Shown here: one piece after another, positions 63,700 through 64,000 of the stretch
Layout: every line of letters begins with the position of its first letter
How positions within the stretch are numbered: the stretch's first letter is position 1
Source of the DNA: Mobula hypostoma
Taxonomy: Eukaryota
NCBI RefSeq assembly: GCF_963921235.1
Contig: NC_086115.1
Location: 21,268,001-21,332,000 of the forward strand
Reading direction: 5' to 3'
DNA length: 64,000 nucleotides
Program-made: the position numbers and the translations under genes
Notes under the pieces: generated by a model
The model's input: only the letters and a program-made list of their open reading frames with translations
The model's database searches: none
What the model was told of the DNA's origin: nothing

Positions 63700-64000
63700 C
63701 TTTGTGCTTTTGAGGAAAGAGGTGGAAAACCTTCAAGCTGAGCTGATTCGATGGATGTCTGATATTGCTTCTGCTAAACATGATACATCCACTGGGAAAC
63801 CCAACCCACCCGTAGGACTTTATGACGCAGAGGACTGCTGCTGGAAGGGGTCTCTTGACCAGAGAGACAACCCGTATTTTCTGTTATAATTAATGGGAAG
63901 ACGGGCATTTCAAGTGAGACTGTGAGGGGCAGGAAAATCTTTGAAAAGTAAGTTAATGGTCAATCAAACAGAGAAGAAGAGAGGCAAAACTTCGGAGGGA

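Overview
Eukaryotic vertebrate genomic DNA, very repeat-rich. The mix of CR1, V-SINE, Rex1-like and Penelope repeats suggests a cartilaginous fish, probably a ray (inference). The window holds the 3' parts of two convergent intron-containing genes. On the + strand are the last four coding exons of a PPM1K-like (PP2Cm-type) phosphatase (10251-24965). On the - strand are eight consecutive coding exons of PKD2L1 (61027-46749), from the S2/S3 region through the pore, EF-hand and coiled coil; its terminal exon is not resolved. Most of the rest is transposon-derived: a 5'-truncated Penelope-like element with an inverted pseudo-LTR and a minimal hammerhead ribozyme motif, several ~130-145 bp hammerhead-bearing short insertions, a hAT transposon with intact TIRs and TSD, a Gypsy element with both LTRs and TSD, two solo LTRs, a BEL/Pao relic, a mariner MITE, a Tc1 fragment, a near full-length CR1, Rex1-like, L2 and RTE LINE pieces, and tRNA-derived SINEs. 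Best leads: (i) the PKD2L1 / PPM1K-like pair mirrors the human PKD2-ABCG2-PPM1K block, suggesting a retained PPM1K ohnolog with a GDSR-to-GDSP change and a GC-AG intron; (ii) a dispersed family of minimal hammerhead-headed retroposons; (iii) a PKD2-like Asn in the PKD2L1 selectivity filter. Most ORFs in the supplied track are TE fragments or spurious. All homology calls come from motif recognition, not database searches.
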